DNA of 64,000 bases, from positions 268,770,001 through 268,834,000 of the forward strand of contig OZ024742.1 in assembly GCA_964016885.1 (NCBI GenBank). Direction: 5' to 3'. The stretch is from Eledone cirrhosa. Taxonomy: Eukaryota. Positions within the stretch are counted from its first letter, which is position 1. Each line of letters begins with the position of its first letter. A program made the position numbers and the translations under genes. Below are positions 1 through 13,541 of the stretch, one piece after another. The notes under the pieces are model-generated. The model did no database searches and was not told where the DNA came from. It worked only from the letters and a program-made list of their open reading frames with translations.

Positions 1-147
1 GCTAGTTGATTTTCGTCGACGCCTAGAGTTTCCCCAAGTACGTCGTCGCTCTTCCCCTCCACTAATCCTCTATAGAACGCCAAGGTGGAGTTTCCACCGA
101 TCACATTGCCCGACTGGTCGAGGGCTGTGATCGCCTGAACATATTCC
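1..147 (-). mobile_element. 5'-truncated Tx1/L1-clade LINE fragment (ORF2 C-terminal region) running off the window edge
   Basis: Aligns by eye with about 22085-22230 of the second Tx1 element; abuts the 3' end of the next element. Confidence 0.8.
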
Positions 148-339
148 TAATGGTTTCTTTATTGGCCAGAATGCCTAACATGAAGAAAAACATTAGAGAC
201 GGCACAGCATAGTACAGGACGATACAATGTAGGTTTTGGTCGTGTAAATATGTTATAACAACATAAAAATCGGGATAGAAATCAAAAATTCAAGCAACAA
301 AAGTTCCCCAAGATGGGTGAAACCTCCGAGGATCACTCA

Positions 340-3300
340 TGGTGAAAACTACACAAAAGACCACGGCCACTCTGACTACCAGGGCAAGCGCCCTCTCTAA
401 CTTTTTCCACTTCTCAGTCTACAGGCACATACTCAGAGCGGGCCCGTTCACTCGGACCAGACGCGCCAGTTTCACCCACAGCTTCACGCCAGTCTCACCA
501 TATCAACAAACTTACTAGAGGACAGCACTTCCATCTCCACCCTGATTTTCCTCTTCAAGTGAAACTTGAAAAAGTTAATCAGGCATTGGCCGGACAGAAA
601 TGTGTCCGTCTTCAACCCTTTCAACCATATCCTCCACACATTCTCTTTCGCCATGGCCACCAGGCATGTGGAAACTGGCTGCCCTTCCTCCCCATTAAAG
701 GAGGATGCCCGGGTTATCTGCACAATGGACTCAGTCAATAACCAGATCCGTCCTACACGCGACAGCAGCTGTTCGACATGGCTCCACATGTCAGCAATCC
801 TCGGGCACTGAACGAGTGCGTGCAGGACGGTTGTCGCCCTGCGCGCATTCTCAGACAGGTTCGGCTGACTGCACCTCCGTGCCTTTAGAACTTATTCCAA
901 AGCTGCCATGCCAGATATTTCTGGAAGTCGTCCATAGTCCTCGGTCTGAAATTTCTCTTGAAGAGTGCGAACAGCTGATCGTCTTCGACGCTCAGGGTCT
1001 CCCGGAGAACGTCGTCGCTCTTTTCGTCCACTAGCCCCCTATAGGATGTTCCACCGATACTAGTGCCTAGCTGCTAAAGCTAGTGAGTGCTTGGAGACAT
1101 TCCAGCTTCCAAGTGCTATCCCTCGGCCTTTTCCTGATCCAGGACAGCAGCTCCGTCAAGGAGACGAGCTGGGGAAAAGCGCGTCTGGCAAACGGCGACC
1201 ACACTTGTTCACCGTCAAGGAAGCACCAGAGATGTCGCAGCCTCAGCTCATGTTTGCGCTGAGGCTGCGGTATGCCTAGTCTTCCATGCAACGGCTGCGG
1301 TATGCCTAGTCTTCCATGCAACTGGTGTTGACAGCAAATGGATCGTCTGAACATGGGTGCACGGCCATTCCACAAAAAGTGGAAGAGAAGGCGCGACATT
1401 TTGGTCAGATTTGGGCGGGGGCAAGGTACGACAGTCAGGCGGTAGCAGATGACGGACGTGAGTACGCATTCGCCACCTCCGCCCGACCTTTCAGAGGCAG
1501 CCTCATCTCGGCCTCATTTCTGGGTGAGAGAGGCCACCTTGCTCGTCACCTCGCTCCAGCTTTTCTCCATCTGGAGGTCCGGACCGAACTAGACCCCGAG
1601 CAATATATCCGGTCCTTCCGTCCATTGCCCACAACGCTGTCGGACGGCATGGACTTGCCTCTCTAGGTGCCGAGTTGCAAGCCCAACGGCTTTTTCTGGT
1701 TTATCTTTCCTTCTGACACCGCTTTGTATCCCTTGATATTGGTGTCGTGCATCTGGACGTGTTTAGTGCTCGACACCACCACGGTGACGTCGTCAACGTA
1801 AGCTGACACAGATCACCCACATCCCACTTCGCGTGGGATCCCCTTCATCGTCTCCATTTTTTGCTGTAACGGATCGAGGGCCACTACGTACAAGAGGGAT
1901 TAGAGGGGGCAACCCTGGCGGACCGAGCGCATGATGCTGAAATGCTTGCGACAGGTGACCATTCACCCTCACAATCGAGCAGATGTCGCTGTGCATCGCA
2001 GCGATCCAGCCCCTAAAAGCGGGCCAGAAGCAGACCGCCTCGAAGACCGAGGCCAGGTACCGATGGTAGACCCTATCAAATGCTTTAGATTGATCCAAGT
2101 TGATTAGGGCCCAACCCGTGCCAGGTTTCTTAACCACCCTCTATATGATGTATCGCATGAGTTGGAGGTTGTCGTGGATGGATCTGTCGGGAACGGCGCA
2201 TGTCTGCGCCACTCACACCAGATCACCGATGTCAAGCACCAATCTCTTTGCTAACACCTTGGCCAAAATCTTAAACTCCGTTTAGCACTGTTATGGATTT
2301 GAAGTTGTCTATAACGTCCCCCGTTTTCGGGTCATTTCTCAGAAGCCCCACCGCTCCTCGGCGTTCAAAACTGGGAATGGTCCCGTTCTGCTGCCAGTTG
2401 CAGTATATATCTCGCAAAGTGGTCGCCGAACAAGTCTGGCATATACGCATAAACCTTGTAGTTCAGACCATCCAAACCTGGCGATTTACCCCTCGTGCAG
2501 TAGGACATCGCTTCCCATATTTCACCTGCTGTTATCGGCTATTCGCAGCACTACGTTGCGGCCGTCGAGAGCCGACGCTGTCCGTGGAGGTATGCAGCGA
2601 AGTCCATACCCACTCCTGGCTTACCGCCGCTCCCGAACAATTGAGCAAATTGGTTTTGAAGAGCCACTCACAACTGCTCGGTGTTCGAGTAACATGCGCC
2701 CGTTTTGATCTAGCAAAGACCGAATTGTGGACTTGTTGCCACGTCGCGTCTCCACCACCCGGGCCCATTGAACGGCTTTCATCCCTCGTGTATTAGAGCA
2801 CGCGCTCTAGCTCTCACAACGCAGCCTTCATGACTTTCGTTGAATAATTCGTCGAGTGCCAATCTCGACGCAAGCACGTCGGTTGCGATGCCTGTTCTAA
2901 ACGCCTTTTCTAACTTTCTAACTAACTATCCCCCTACTCTATTTTCCTCTATCATTAACTTTGCTAAACCCTATCGATTCTACTCTAATAGTCCTTTTTA
3001 GGGTAAACCACCACCTGTTGTTTACGATCGCACCCGTCAACGCACGCTTATCTAATTCGCAAATCCGGTCTCTGTAAGCTTTGCGAGCCGGGAACGACAC
3101 GTTCAGCTTCCAGTAGCAGGGTCCTTGCCTATGGATTCTATCAAAGTCAACTTCACAGATTACAAAGTTTTTGTCCGTGTAGTCGACTACTTTAAATTGT
3201 GGACACCCTACACTAGTGTTATCTGTTTGCCTACAGCATAACCTATCTAAATACCATCTAGATGACCCGCTGCGGCTTGCCCATTTCCATATTGGCAGAT

Positions 3301-3850
3301 TTGGATAATCCAGTCTCTAACTGTCAGACAGTTCAAAACGTCTGAGCTGGTTGTTGAGGCTTTTACACCCTCCTGTCCTGTCTACTAGCCCCACATAATC
3401 CCAGCGTGCATCTAAGATAGCGTTCCAGTCGCCCACTAACACTAAAATGCGGGACGTTCCAAGAAAGGTCTCTAGACGTCTGAAGAGATCTGGCCGTCCT
3501 GCCCCTGTTGGGGCGTATATGGCTACCAGCCTGAAAGCATTGCCTTCGCTGCCCGTCACGTCCAGCACCACCGACTTACCTTCTGGGTCCAGGGAGATCG
3601 CCCTTATGGCGAGATCCAAGCCTCTCCGAAAAAGCACGGCAACCCCTCTTCCCGATCCTGGACGGCTGGGAGATGCGTGTAAATCGTAGCCGCCGATGAT
3701 CGGTACGAAAGCTCGGACTTCGGAGATTCTGGCCTCGCTGATGGCCACCACATCTATGTTTAGTGACCTGAGGTCGTTAAGCAGGTGACCCTGCTTCCAA
3801 GATGACCCCAGTCCACGTACATTTATACGGCCTATTCTAAGTACGGCCAT
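340..3850 (-). pseudogene. Disrupted ORF2 (AP endonuclease + reverse transcriptase) of Tx1 element 1
   Basis: APE 3317-3850, RT motifs 1793-2137, FLWNG motif 1067-1399, C-terminus LINFFKFHLKRKIRVE 484-789. The end coordinate is approximate. Confidence 0.85.
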
Positions 3851-3935
3851 GTTGGATGAGAAACGGTGTAAGTGAGAAAGGATCCCTTACCTTAATCGTG
3901 TGGTGAAGGGACAGTAGAACCGATCCTTTGGCTTA

Positions 3936-5487
3936 TCACGGGTGTTTCCAAGAGGATGTCGGTATATATCTTCTTTGTAACCGACGCTCTGAAGTCTCCA
4001 ACTGCGTTGGGGAATTTTGTGTTAAAAGTGTGTACTGTTCTATTTTGATTTCAATGATGTTTATGTTTGTCGGGAGAGTTCTTGGTGTTGGTGGGCTGTA
4101 GCAGTAGTTTTTTTCTGTGATGTCTGTGTGCTGTTTAATATGTTGTAAGAGTTCTTTATTTGCCATGTTTATGGTTGTGTACTTTTTTGGGGGAGGGGTG
4201 ATTTTGTTGCTGTTGGGTATGTGTGTTTTGCTGTGTTGCCATGTTGGTATTTTTGTTATGCTGTGGGTGGTGTGGTTGTTGTTGGTGGTGATGCTTGTGG
4301 TGTTGCTGCAAGTCTCCTTGCCGCCTTTACCCCTCTTTATTTGCCTTCGCTGTTGGTGGGTGAATCTAAGGTTTTTTTTGTTTTTGTTTTTTTTGTGGCA
4401 AACCTTTTGCCACTTCCCTCCCGCCTCATACTCCATGTCGGATTCCGTGGCGTTGGGAGGGGTATGAGATCCACTGCTATTGGTGGGGGTAGTGGAGTCC
4501 GCTCCGGCGATTTTGCCGCCGGTGTGGCTACTGCGACTGTTAGTGTTGCCGCCTCTGCTGCCGCGGCTGTAGTTGTCCGTGGCCTTAGTATGGGTGCCAC
4601 GGACTTTGCCTTCCTACTCATCAGGGAAGGATCTTCTGCTCTGTTGCCTGTCCGCATCAGGCGTCGGAAGGAGAGGGCCCTCTTCTTAGCTGTCTTCTGC
4701 GGGCAGAAGACCCTGAGGTGACTCTTCTGCCCACAGAGATAGCACTTTGAGCGCCTTCGGTCCACGCTTATACGGAGTTGGAGCCCTTCCTCGAGGTCTA
4801 TGAGGTCTAGGATGACCTCGATGCATCCTGGTCAGTTTGTATTAGCATGTGCATGCCTATTCCTGACCAGTTCTCTCCTGACATTCTCTGTATGGTAGTC
4901 TTCTCCTCGAATCCAGCCAGTACAGACGCGGCCAGCCAAGGTATGGGCGGGACCTGGGTCTCTCTAACGCTCACAATTTTCTGCCCACAGTAGGAGGGCA
5001 CCAAGCCTATCTCCTCACTCTTTAGGGTTTCCAAAGAGTGAGATTTCGCCTCTTGGGGGATGGCGAAATGTACGTCTACTGTGGCGTACTATTTACCTCG
5101 GGTGATGTGGGTTTTGCCCGCCCAGACGCACCCCAAGGCCTTTTGGATTTGAGCCTCCGTGGTTCTTTCCTCCCGATGTGACATTTTTCTTACGGTGCGG
5201 TAAGTCACCGTACACAGCTGCTGGTCGTTGAAGAAATCGGGTAGAGGTTTCAGGGAAACTCTATTGTCATTTCTTGACAACATGGCTCTTGCGACTAGTA
5301 CTGTCTCTATATTTCGGGCCACACCCGCGAAAGAAGTGGCCCCTTTTTTTAGCGACTCCATTATTGCTGCCACTACTGCTGCTACTAGTCTTGTTGTTGG
5401 TGCTGTTGCTTTTGCTACTGCTACAAATGGTATTGTTGGTGTTGTTGCTGTTATCAATGTTGTAATTGGTTGTGTTTTTGGTGCCAC
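3936..5487 (-). pseudogene. Disrupted ORF1 (gag-like, CCHC knuckle) of Tx1 element 1
   Basis: Fragments 5089-5487, 4807-5034, 4337-4765, 3936-4436; homologous to 24099-25600. Confidence 0.75.
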
Positions 5488-6009
5488 CGTTGTTGTTGTT
5501 TTCGGTGCAATTTGTATTGTTGCTGTTGGTGTCGTCGTTGTTTATTTTCTTGTTAGTGGTGTTAATATCGTTGTTGCATTTGTTGTCATTTTCTTTCTGT
5601 TGTCTGTATATTGGTTGTCACTGTTATTGTTGTAGTTGGTGTGGTAATTTCTTTAAAATTATTGTTCTGTGTTGTTGTCTGTGTTCACGTTGTTTGTGGT
5701 GTTTGTTGAATGAATTTCTGTAACCCTCTTCTCAACTTTTACGCCGTTGTCACACGACAGCAGACATATTGTTGGGGGGCGTGGCTCAGCCATGTTTTTT
5801 TTTTATTTTTAAAAGTAAAATGTCCAAATATTAATCAAATATTTGGGCCAAAAGGCCCAAATATTATACTTTCCCCATCCCAGGGCAAAGTCCAATGGCT
5901 TATATCCCTTACACAAAAAGAAAAATTTAACAACAAACAATTATAACAGGTAAATAAAGCGATTTACTGGGCGCAAGCTAAAAAGACGTCCGAACAGATC
6001 AATAATAAT

Positions 6010-6190
6010 TGTTTCTACTTTTGGCACAAGTCCATTAATTACACAGTACATTACTGGTACTTTATTTTATCAACCCCGTAAGGATGAAAGGCAAAGTTAA
6101 CCTCGGCGGGATTTGAACTCAGACCGCAAAGGGACGTAACTAGACTGGAAAGCATGGCGTGTCACCCTCTACCGATACTGCCAATCCACC
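6010..6190 (-). mobile_element. tRNA-derived SINE (octopus-type), near full length
   Basis: A-box TGGCAGTATCGG and B-box GTTCAAATCC on - strand, (ATT)n tail; flanked by GATCAATAATAAT at 5997-6009 and 6191-6203 (putative TSD). Confidence 0.85.
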
Positions 6191-6209
6191 GATCAATAAT
6201 AATAATAAT

Positions 6210-6350
6210 TGTTTCTACGTTTGGCACAAGGCCAGCAGTTATCCCAGTACATTACTGGTACTTTATTTTATTGACCCCGTAAGGATGAACTAAAATGAAC
6301 CTCGTCAGGATTTGAACTCGGATCATAAAGGGTCTTAATTCTATCCTGCA
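6210..6350 (-). mobile_element. Same SINE family, partial and more diverged
   Basis: TGTTTCTAC...GGCACAAGGCCAGCA...GACCCCGTAAGGATGAA...GGATTTGAACTC. Confidence 0.8.
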
Positions 6351-8526
6351 ATGCAATAATAATAAAAAATGAAAGATTATTACTATATATCATCTCCATT
6401 ATATGTTATATATGTTTCGAAGATGCAAGATTTTATGTATAACAGAAAGCAAAACATGTACACTTCAGACAAAATATATACGAGATGTATAATGTTATTA
6501 TGATATGCTCGTAGACAAATGAGCTGCACAGATCGGTGACCACCAATCTTTGAAATATATATAATATAATAAATAAAGATGATTTAAATTATTTTACTCG
6601 TTTATTACTATTATTATTATAATATGGCTCCGGATAATTCATACTATTGAGTGCTTGGCATCTGTTATATATAAGAATCAGTTGATTACAAATCAACTAA
6701 CTATTTTTTCATTGATTATATGTATATATACATAGCATTCGAAGTTGTAAAGCCACGACAATGCGGGTTTGGAGAGAGAAAACATCAAAACGCAAAAAGC
6801 ACAAAATGTAGCATTTTTTTAATTTTTAGCTTAATTTATTCATATTTCGAGATTAGTATATTTTTCGTCGAAGGAAAATAAAGGAACTATTCCAATGCCC
6901 GATAGGGCTTGCTATACCACGCTGACCGGAAGTGGTTTTATTATTTATTTATTTGGTATATTTATTTATTGTAAACACTGCTGTGTTAAAATTATGATCA
7001 AGACAGGTCAAAGGGGCAAAGAGTGGTTTCCCTTTAAGTTCAGTTAGACGCATATATATTAGTAAATTATGATATACATGTGCGTGCCTGCCTAAGTGTG
7101 TGTAAGCACGCTCGTAAATATGCAAGCACGCATGGACGGAATATACGGTTTCTCATAGATGGATAATGCGGTGTGTAAGCGGACCTGTGTGCGCTCTAAG
7201 TAGAGTCCAGTATCATGTGAGGTATTGTGCGCTTAATTCTATTCTATGATAATTTGCAGGTGTGTTCTGGCTATGATTGCCGACGTTTCTTTCTTTTGTT
7301 TCAACCTTAACTGTTATATTTAGGAGGCGTTTTTGCATTTCTCTTAGTGCTTCTTGAAAGAAGAAGCGTTAGTGTTAATGTGGTCTTTAATCCTGATGTG
7401 CAAGTGTCAGGAGGTACTACCTATATAGCTGTTGCATTTATCACACTCGACTCTCTACACGCCGTATGCTTGATGGCATAAGTCTGTATTATCGATATAT
7501 ATGAATCTTATGCTTTCAATGACAGTGACAGGCAAACTGCCTTCGAAGACTGAGACTAGCGGTAGGCAGCGAGGCAATCCACTTACATTTTAAAATGCCT
7601 GATGGTGCCACAGAGAAATAAAACTTTTTTGTGGTATGATATTTGTGTGCGAAAAATCAAACACCATTGATACATAGGAGAACGGTAGAAATCAAAGAGA
7701 AAAAATGACGGGACATTGGCCCTCAATCTGTAATGTCTGTTCTAAATAGAAATCTAATCATAGCCATGATAAAGTGAAATGTATAAAAATTGTTGTCTCA
7801 GATCGAGACGCACGTGTGTGTATTTGATTTCATAGAAAATGGAGAAAACGCATCACTTGAACAGCTTTTAAAACAAGTAAATGCTGCCAATGACATCGTT
7901 CGGCAAACATGCCTGGGGGGAGATAGATCAGTGGCCAGCAGTAGGCAGAAAGATGACACACTACCATTTCAAAATGCCTATTCGTGCAGCAGAAAAATGA
8001 ATATTTCTGTTTGTATGATGTGGTGGGTGTAATAAAGGAAGCAGCGCAGATAGAAGAACGAGAGCGAACAAAGAAAAGAAAATGATGGGATAGTGGACCT
8101 GAAGGTGAATCTCATAATAGATTTACTTTAGGATAGTCACCACAGCTTCGTGTACACTGTCCATTTTTTTGAATTTTGTGTTCTTTCATATTTGTGCTCT
8201 TTGTTTTATCAAACACATCATACCAGCAGGACGTTGCACTATCCAGCATTTTAAAATGGTAGTGGATTGCTTCTCTTCCGATCGCTGGTCGCTGGACTCT
8301 GTCATTTGAGCCATATCGCAGTGATTGAGAGCATTTGGCTGCTTCAACAACTGTTCTAGCGATGAGTTTTCTCAATTTTTCATGAATACACATACACACA
8401 CACACACACATATATATACACACATACACCCCCCCCCACACACACACAGACACAAAGATACACACATACACACACACCCAAATACACACGCACACACACA
8501 CATATATATATATACGTGGGTGTGTA

Positions 8527-8608
8527 GATGATTCCGTACGCGGAAGAATAAAACTATATTAACACTACACATAAATAGGTATATATACAAAGATACATAT
8601 ACATTCGT

Positions 8609-8641
<33 letters not shown>

Positions 8642-8660
8642 TACACACACATACACACAT

Positions 8661-8755
<95 letters not shown>

Positions 8756-8862
8756 TGTGTGTGTCTCTGTGTGTGTGTGTACTAGTGTATATGTATCTTT
8801 GTATATATACCTATTTATGTGTAGTATTAATATCATTTTATACTTCCGTGTACGGAATCATC
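8527..8862. repeat. Inverted duplication centred on (CA)n-(TA)n-(TG)n
   Basis: GATGATTCCGTAC...CATATACA on the left is the reverse complement of ...GTACGGAATCATC on the right; about 90-bp arms with several mismatches. Confidence 0.85.
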
Positions 8863-9634
8863 CATATAGTTATGCCTAGCAGAGTATGTAGTAACATCCG
8901 AAATGCACGACAATAATAGCTTGTCCATCTTAGTATATAGATCAGTAGTTGAGTGGGCATGTATATCACCCGTCTTAGTTTTCTCAGCATAGCCCATAAA
9001 TGTAAAAGAGAATAACTATATCTATGTTTTGTTTATTTCTAAAATCATGAAATGCACGTTTTAGTATGATTATTTTTCCTCTATTCAAATAGAAATTCCA
9101 CTTTACCATTCCCTTACAAATAAGTATATTTCTGATTGAGAGGGCAGCCAAACAATTCATATCAACTAAATTGTATTACATATAGTATTACAACCTGATA
9201 CCACTTTGAATTAAAGTGGAACATGGTTTAAACAGGAACTGCATTATTATGAAATGAACGCCTTTACTATCTTGGATTTATTCTGTCTAATGATATTCAT
9301 ATTTGTGTTAAAATAGCTAAAGCAAAATTTTAGTCATATTCAATTAATAAACAAATTCGTAAGACTTGAAATATTGCTAAATCCTCTCTGTAATTTGTTA
9401 TGAAATAAAGTGATGTTTAAAATATATTCTAAATATTGCTTTCAGAATTTCAATCCAAGACAGATATGCAATTATTCATTATTCTCGTATATTATCAAAT
9501 AATATAAATACAGTTTGTCCATGTTAAATATATATTATATAAGAGAGCGAATAGCTGGTTCCAGGCACTCATATGAACACACAGATTCACACACGTTTAT
9601 ATATGTATAAATACCCAGGAACACACACAGACAC

Positions 9635-9710
<76 letters not shown>

Positions 9711-9920
9711 TGATGCATCTGTTAGTTTTCACTTCAATTTATTATGAATTTATATATTATCCAGGAACTTTCCTCACACATTCTTTGACTTCCACAGTGA
9801 CAGATTACTTATTTTGTGTCTTCCCATTATTCTGTTCTACACCATTTGTTTTGTTCGTTGTGCCACAGCACGCAAAATAATGTACATACGCACACGTACA
9901 TGCACACACACACATAAACA

Positions 9921-10110
<190 letters not shown>

Positions 10111-10418
10111 ATGGACGTAGAAAAATTCTTCAGAAAAAAATAATTGTTTACAAACTTGGCAGGTGCGATTTGCCTGTGACCATTCTCAACACAAAGGAAC
10201 CCCTGAATAAAGGAATTTTTCGAGAATGACCGGGGCAGGCCGCACTTCCTACATTTCTCCCCATTCAACCATACTCACCGTCTCAACTCATTACTGCTAT
10301 TAACACTTTTTCAACACTCCTACACCCATACACTTATTAAAAGGGGGAGGAAAAAAAACTCACCACACCACAGACATGTCAAATCCCTATATATAGAACA
10401 ACACACCACATACACATC

Positions 10419-10455
10419 AGTTTGACAAGCGCACCTCGGCGTGAAAGGTCGTTCT
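10419..10455 (+). ncRNA. Degenerate type I hammerhead motif (U3-A8 core) in a short (TA)n-flanked PLE-like cassette (about 10110-10640)
   Basis: TTGACAA-GCGC-ACCTCG-GCGT-GAAA; stems I and III decayed. Confidence 0.45.
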
Positions 10456-10637
10456 AAAAACGAAACAATACCCCCTACGTTAACCAAGAACTCCTAAGAC
10501 GTAACTTAATTTATAAAATAAATTTTCTTTAAGAAAAATTTTTTTTTTCTAATCCGGAAAAAAATTCTTTTTGTATTTTGTGAAGAAAATAAATTTGTTG
10601 AAAGCACAAGTGAAGCCATTTTTTCTTCCCTCCTGTC

Positions 10638-10708
<71 letters not shown>

Positions 10709-10763
10709 ATATATATATATGTATATATATATGTATATATATATATGTATATATTTATACATG

Positions 10764-10806
<43 letters not shown>

Positions 10807-11358
10807 TGCGTTGGGAACTCGAAATAGTATCTTACCAGCTCAAAGAAAGGAATTTTTCTGAGCCGTGTAATACAATTGAATATAAAAGAGAGATAAACAC
10901 AGATATAAACATATATGTGTTCAAATTGTAAGGGACCAAGTTTGCTAGGGTTAAAAAATACAAACTATAACAATATGTTTTACCAGATCAATTTAAAGTA
11001 ATAAATCAAGAAAAAGAAAACAAACCTATATTGGAGAACTGCCTGAAAAGCCACATAGCTTTGGTGGCTGTTTCGCAAATTTTAGCGAAGGAAATTACCA
11101 ATTATTTGGTCATCAGTGGGTGTAAAATCCGCATGTGCATTGAAGTTGGATTCAGCCTGGAGATTCTAAGAGACACATTCCCAACTATGGAGTTGATGAT
11201 ATATTTATGGATTAATATGCCATTATCTGTTTAACTGGATTATTACCGTACGTCTTGCAAAGAACACATCTAGAAAAATAATTTCGTAAGCAATCTTCCA
11301 TATTTGTTTTGTTTGCGTACCTGATTTACACAAACGAAATTTAATTTGAATTATATTC

Positions 11359-11425
<67 letters not shown>

Positions 11426-11849
11426 TACACTAACAAAATTCAAACTGTCATGACTGAGAACATGCGTCGTTACCTCCGTAACTATGTGTCCTTACAATCT
11501 TTACAAATTACCCCTGTCAATGTTTGATATCCTTATTTTATATGTATATATGCCAATCGAAATTTCATTTAATCTATTCATACATATATATAAATGTTTT
11601 GACATGGCATGCATTGAACATCTTTAAAAGTAGTAATTTGTGCGACCCAATCAGATGCCCATACTAATAGCAAATCACTGTAAATATCATTTGAAAAAAA
11701 AATATTAAGTTCTTCTGGAAACAGACAGATGATGACAGAAACGCCTGCTTTGATTTCATATGGATCGAATATTATCATGGTAATTCTCTCTCTATATATA
11801 TTTATAAGTAATTATTTTCAGAATTTATTTCATTTAATAATAACACAAC

Positions 11850-13400
11850 TAATTAATTAAACATGCAATCTGATGACAACAAACCCACACCAATCAATTT
11901 AAAGCTAAGACCCATCAAAGAATTTGTGAGACACATCGCCTTGACATTTTATCAAACACATCTGGAGTTCCTAACGAGATGACTTAGGTTTTATCAACTA
12001 ATGATAGTAAACCCAAATATTTGCATGGTTTCATTTGATGTTGTGAACGTATGGAGTAACATTCCATACGAATACAGAATCGAAGCTATCCAATACTAGC
12101 ATAATGCATTCCGTTATGCTCTAGCAGACCGTATCAACAGAAACTTTGTCATAGAAAGACTTGAATTCATCCCCCAAAAAATATTATTTCATATCCGACA
12201 AAACATCAAACCGACAGAAACAGGAGCAGCCAAGGCAGTGCCAACATATGCCGACTTAGTCACGGGACACCATGAACTAAAAGTCTATGAAAAAGCTTCA
12301 CAAATGTATGGGAGTACCATCAGTTGCTATATAAAGAAAACTGGAGAAGACTTTTATTTTGCGCAGGGAAAATCTCGATGCACTAAGGAATGTTCAAACT
12401 CTCATTAATGAAATGAATTGAAACGTCCAATCACTATGGAATTTAACAACGAAATACTTCCTTACTTAGATATACTAATAACAAAAATAAACACAAAACA
12501 AAAAAAAACTGACATATTTTTCAAACTCACCGACTCTCGGTAGTACATCATCCAACAGTCCACTTATCCTAGCTAAGCGTATCTACAGAACAGTTTCAAA
12601 TACAACACAGGACCACAGGTTAGATGAGATGAAAAATATACTCGTCAATAGAAAATATAATCAACGATAGTATTCAAAAAGAAAAAGAAAATGGTAATAA
12701 TAATATTCATGTCCTTTGAGAAACAAAACTAAAAAAGGAAAACATGTCATACCATACATCTCAACGCTCATCCCCCAAACACTGAAATATATACACACAT
12801 GAAACTAATCCTGCTTATACTGCAAGATAAAACAAAAAAGAGAAAAAAAGTCTTACAAAAGTATCCTATTATTACAGCCGGAATCAAAAAGAAAAAAAAT
12901 ACTGACAAGGGTAGCACTACAAACCACAGTTGTAGAATCTCATGTGAAAAGATGTAACCGTCTTCATTGTGGAATGTGCAACTACTTATTGGAAGGCCAT
13001 GAATTTCATTTCAATGATGGACAAATTTCAAAATGAAGAACATCTCGTGCAACTTGGAAAATTTAATTTATGTCATAACCTGCCGAGTTTGCCAGGAAGA
13101 GTATGAAGTTAATGTGTGGCTGAAACTCCGACAAAAAATGAGAGTCCATAGGCAGCAAACCAGAAACCCGTATACTAGAAAGACCCAACTAAGTAAACTA
13201 AATACACGCTACCAAATGTTTTACGTTTTCCCATTGTAGCATTGTAGTTATGAAATCACAGAACAAAATGGAATAAATAAATAGAATACGTTTTTTAGAA
13301 AATTCAAACTAAGTTTGATCTGACTTACGAAATAATTTGTTTTGAACACTAAAAGAATTTAGAATTATGCACCTTGTCGCAGATTTACAAAAGAAATTAC
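11850..13400 (+). mobile_element. Highly decayed Penelope-like element (RT + GIY-YIG, Neptune-like)
   Basis: RT relics (SFDVV, PTYADLV, LPYLDIL); CNRLHCGMC zinc finger; ISCNLENLIYVITCRVCQEEY...LRQKMRVHRQQ at 13033-13239. Confidence 0.75.
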
Positions 13401-13416
13401 CCACATGTATCAACAC

Positions 13417-13417
<1 letters not shown>

Positions 13418-13468
<51 letters not shown>

Positions 13469-13541
13469 TATACAATAATAACTATACAATAATAACTATA
13501 CAATAATAACTATACAATAATAATAATAATAATAACTATAC
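13418..13541 (+). repeat. (TAA)n target tract plus reiterated AATAATAACTATAC units at the Dong 5' junction
   Basis: CTATAC occurs at 13468, 13482, 13496, 13510 and 13536. Confidence 0.9.

Larger units (their letters stand above)
148..6000 (-). mobile_element. Full-length but decayed Tx1/L1-clade non-LTR retrotransposon (ORF1 + APE-RT ORF2)
   Basis: ORF1 zinc knuckle CYLCGQKSHLRVFC; APE start MAVLRIGRINVRGL with VAISE, IYAP, GDWNA; RT LDQSKAFDRV and YVDD-type motif near 1790-1800; AATAAA on - strand at 158-163; many frameshifts and stops. Confidence 0.9.

Noticed and set aside
7790-8032. Possible host exon (80-aa ORF)
   Set aside because: No recognisable domain, no convincing splice context and no partner exons.
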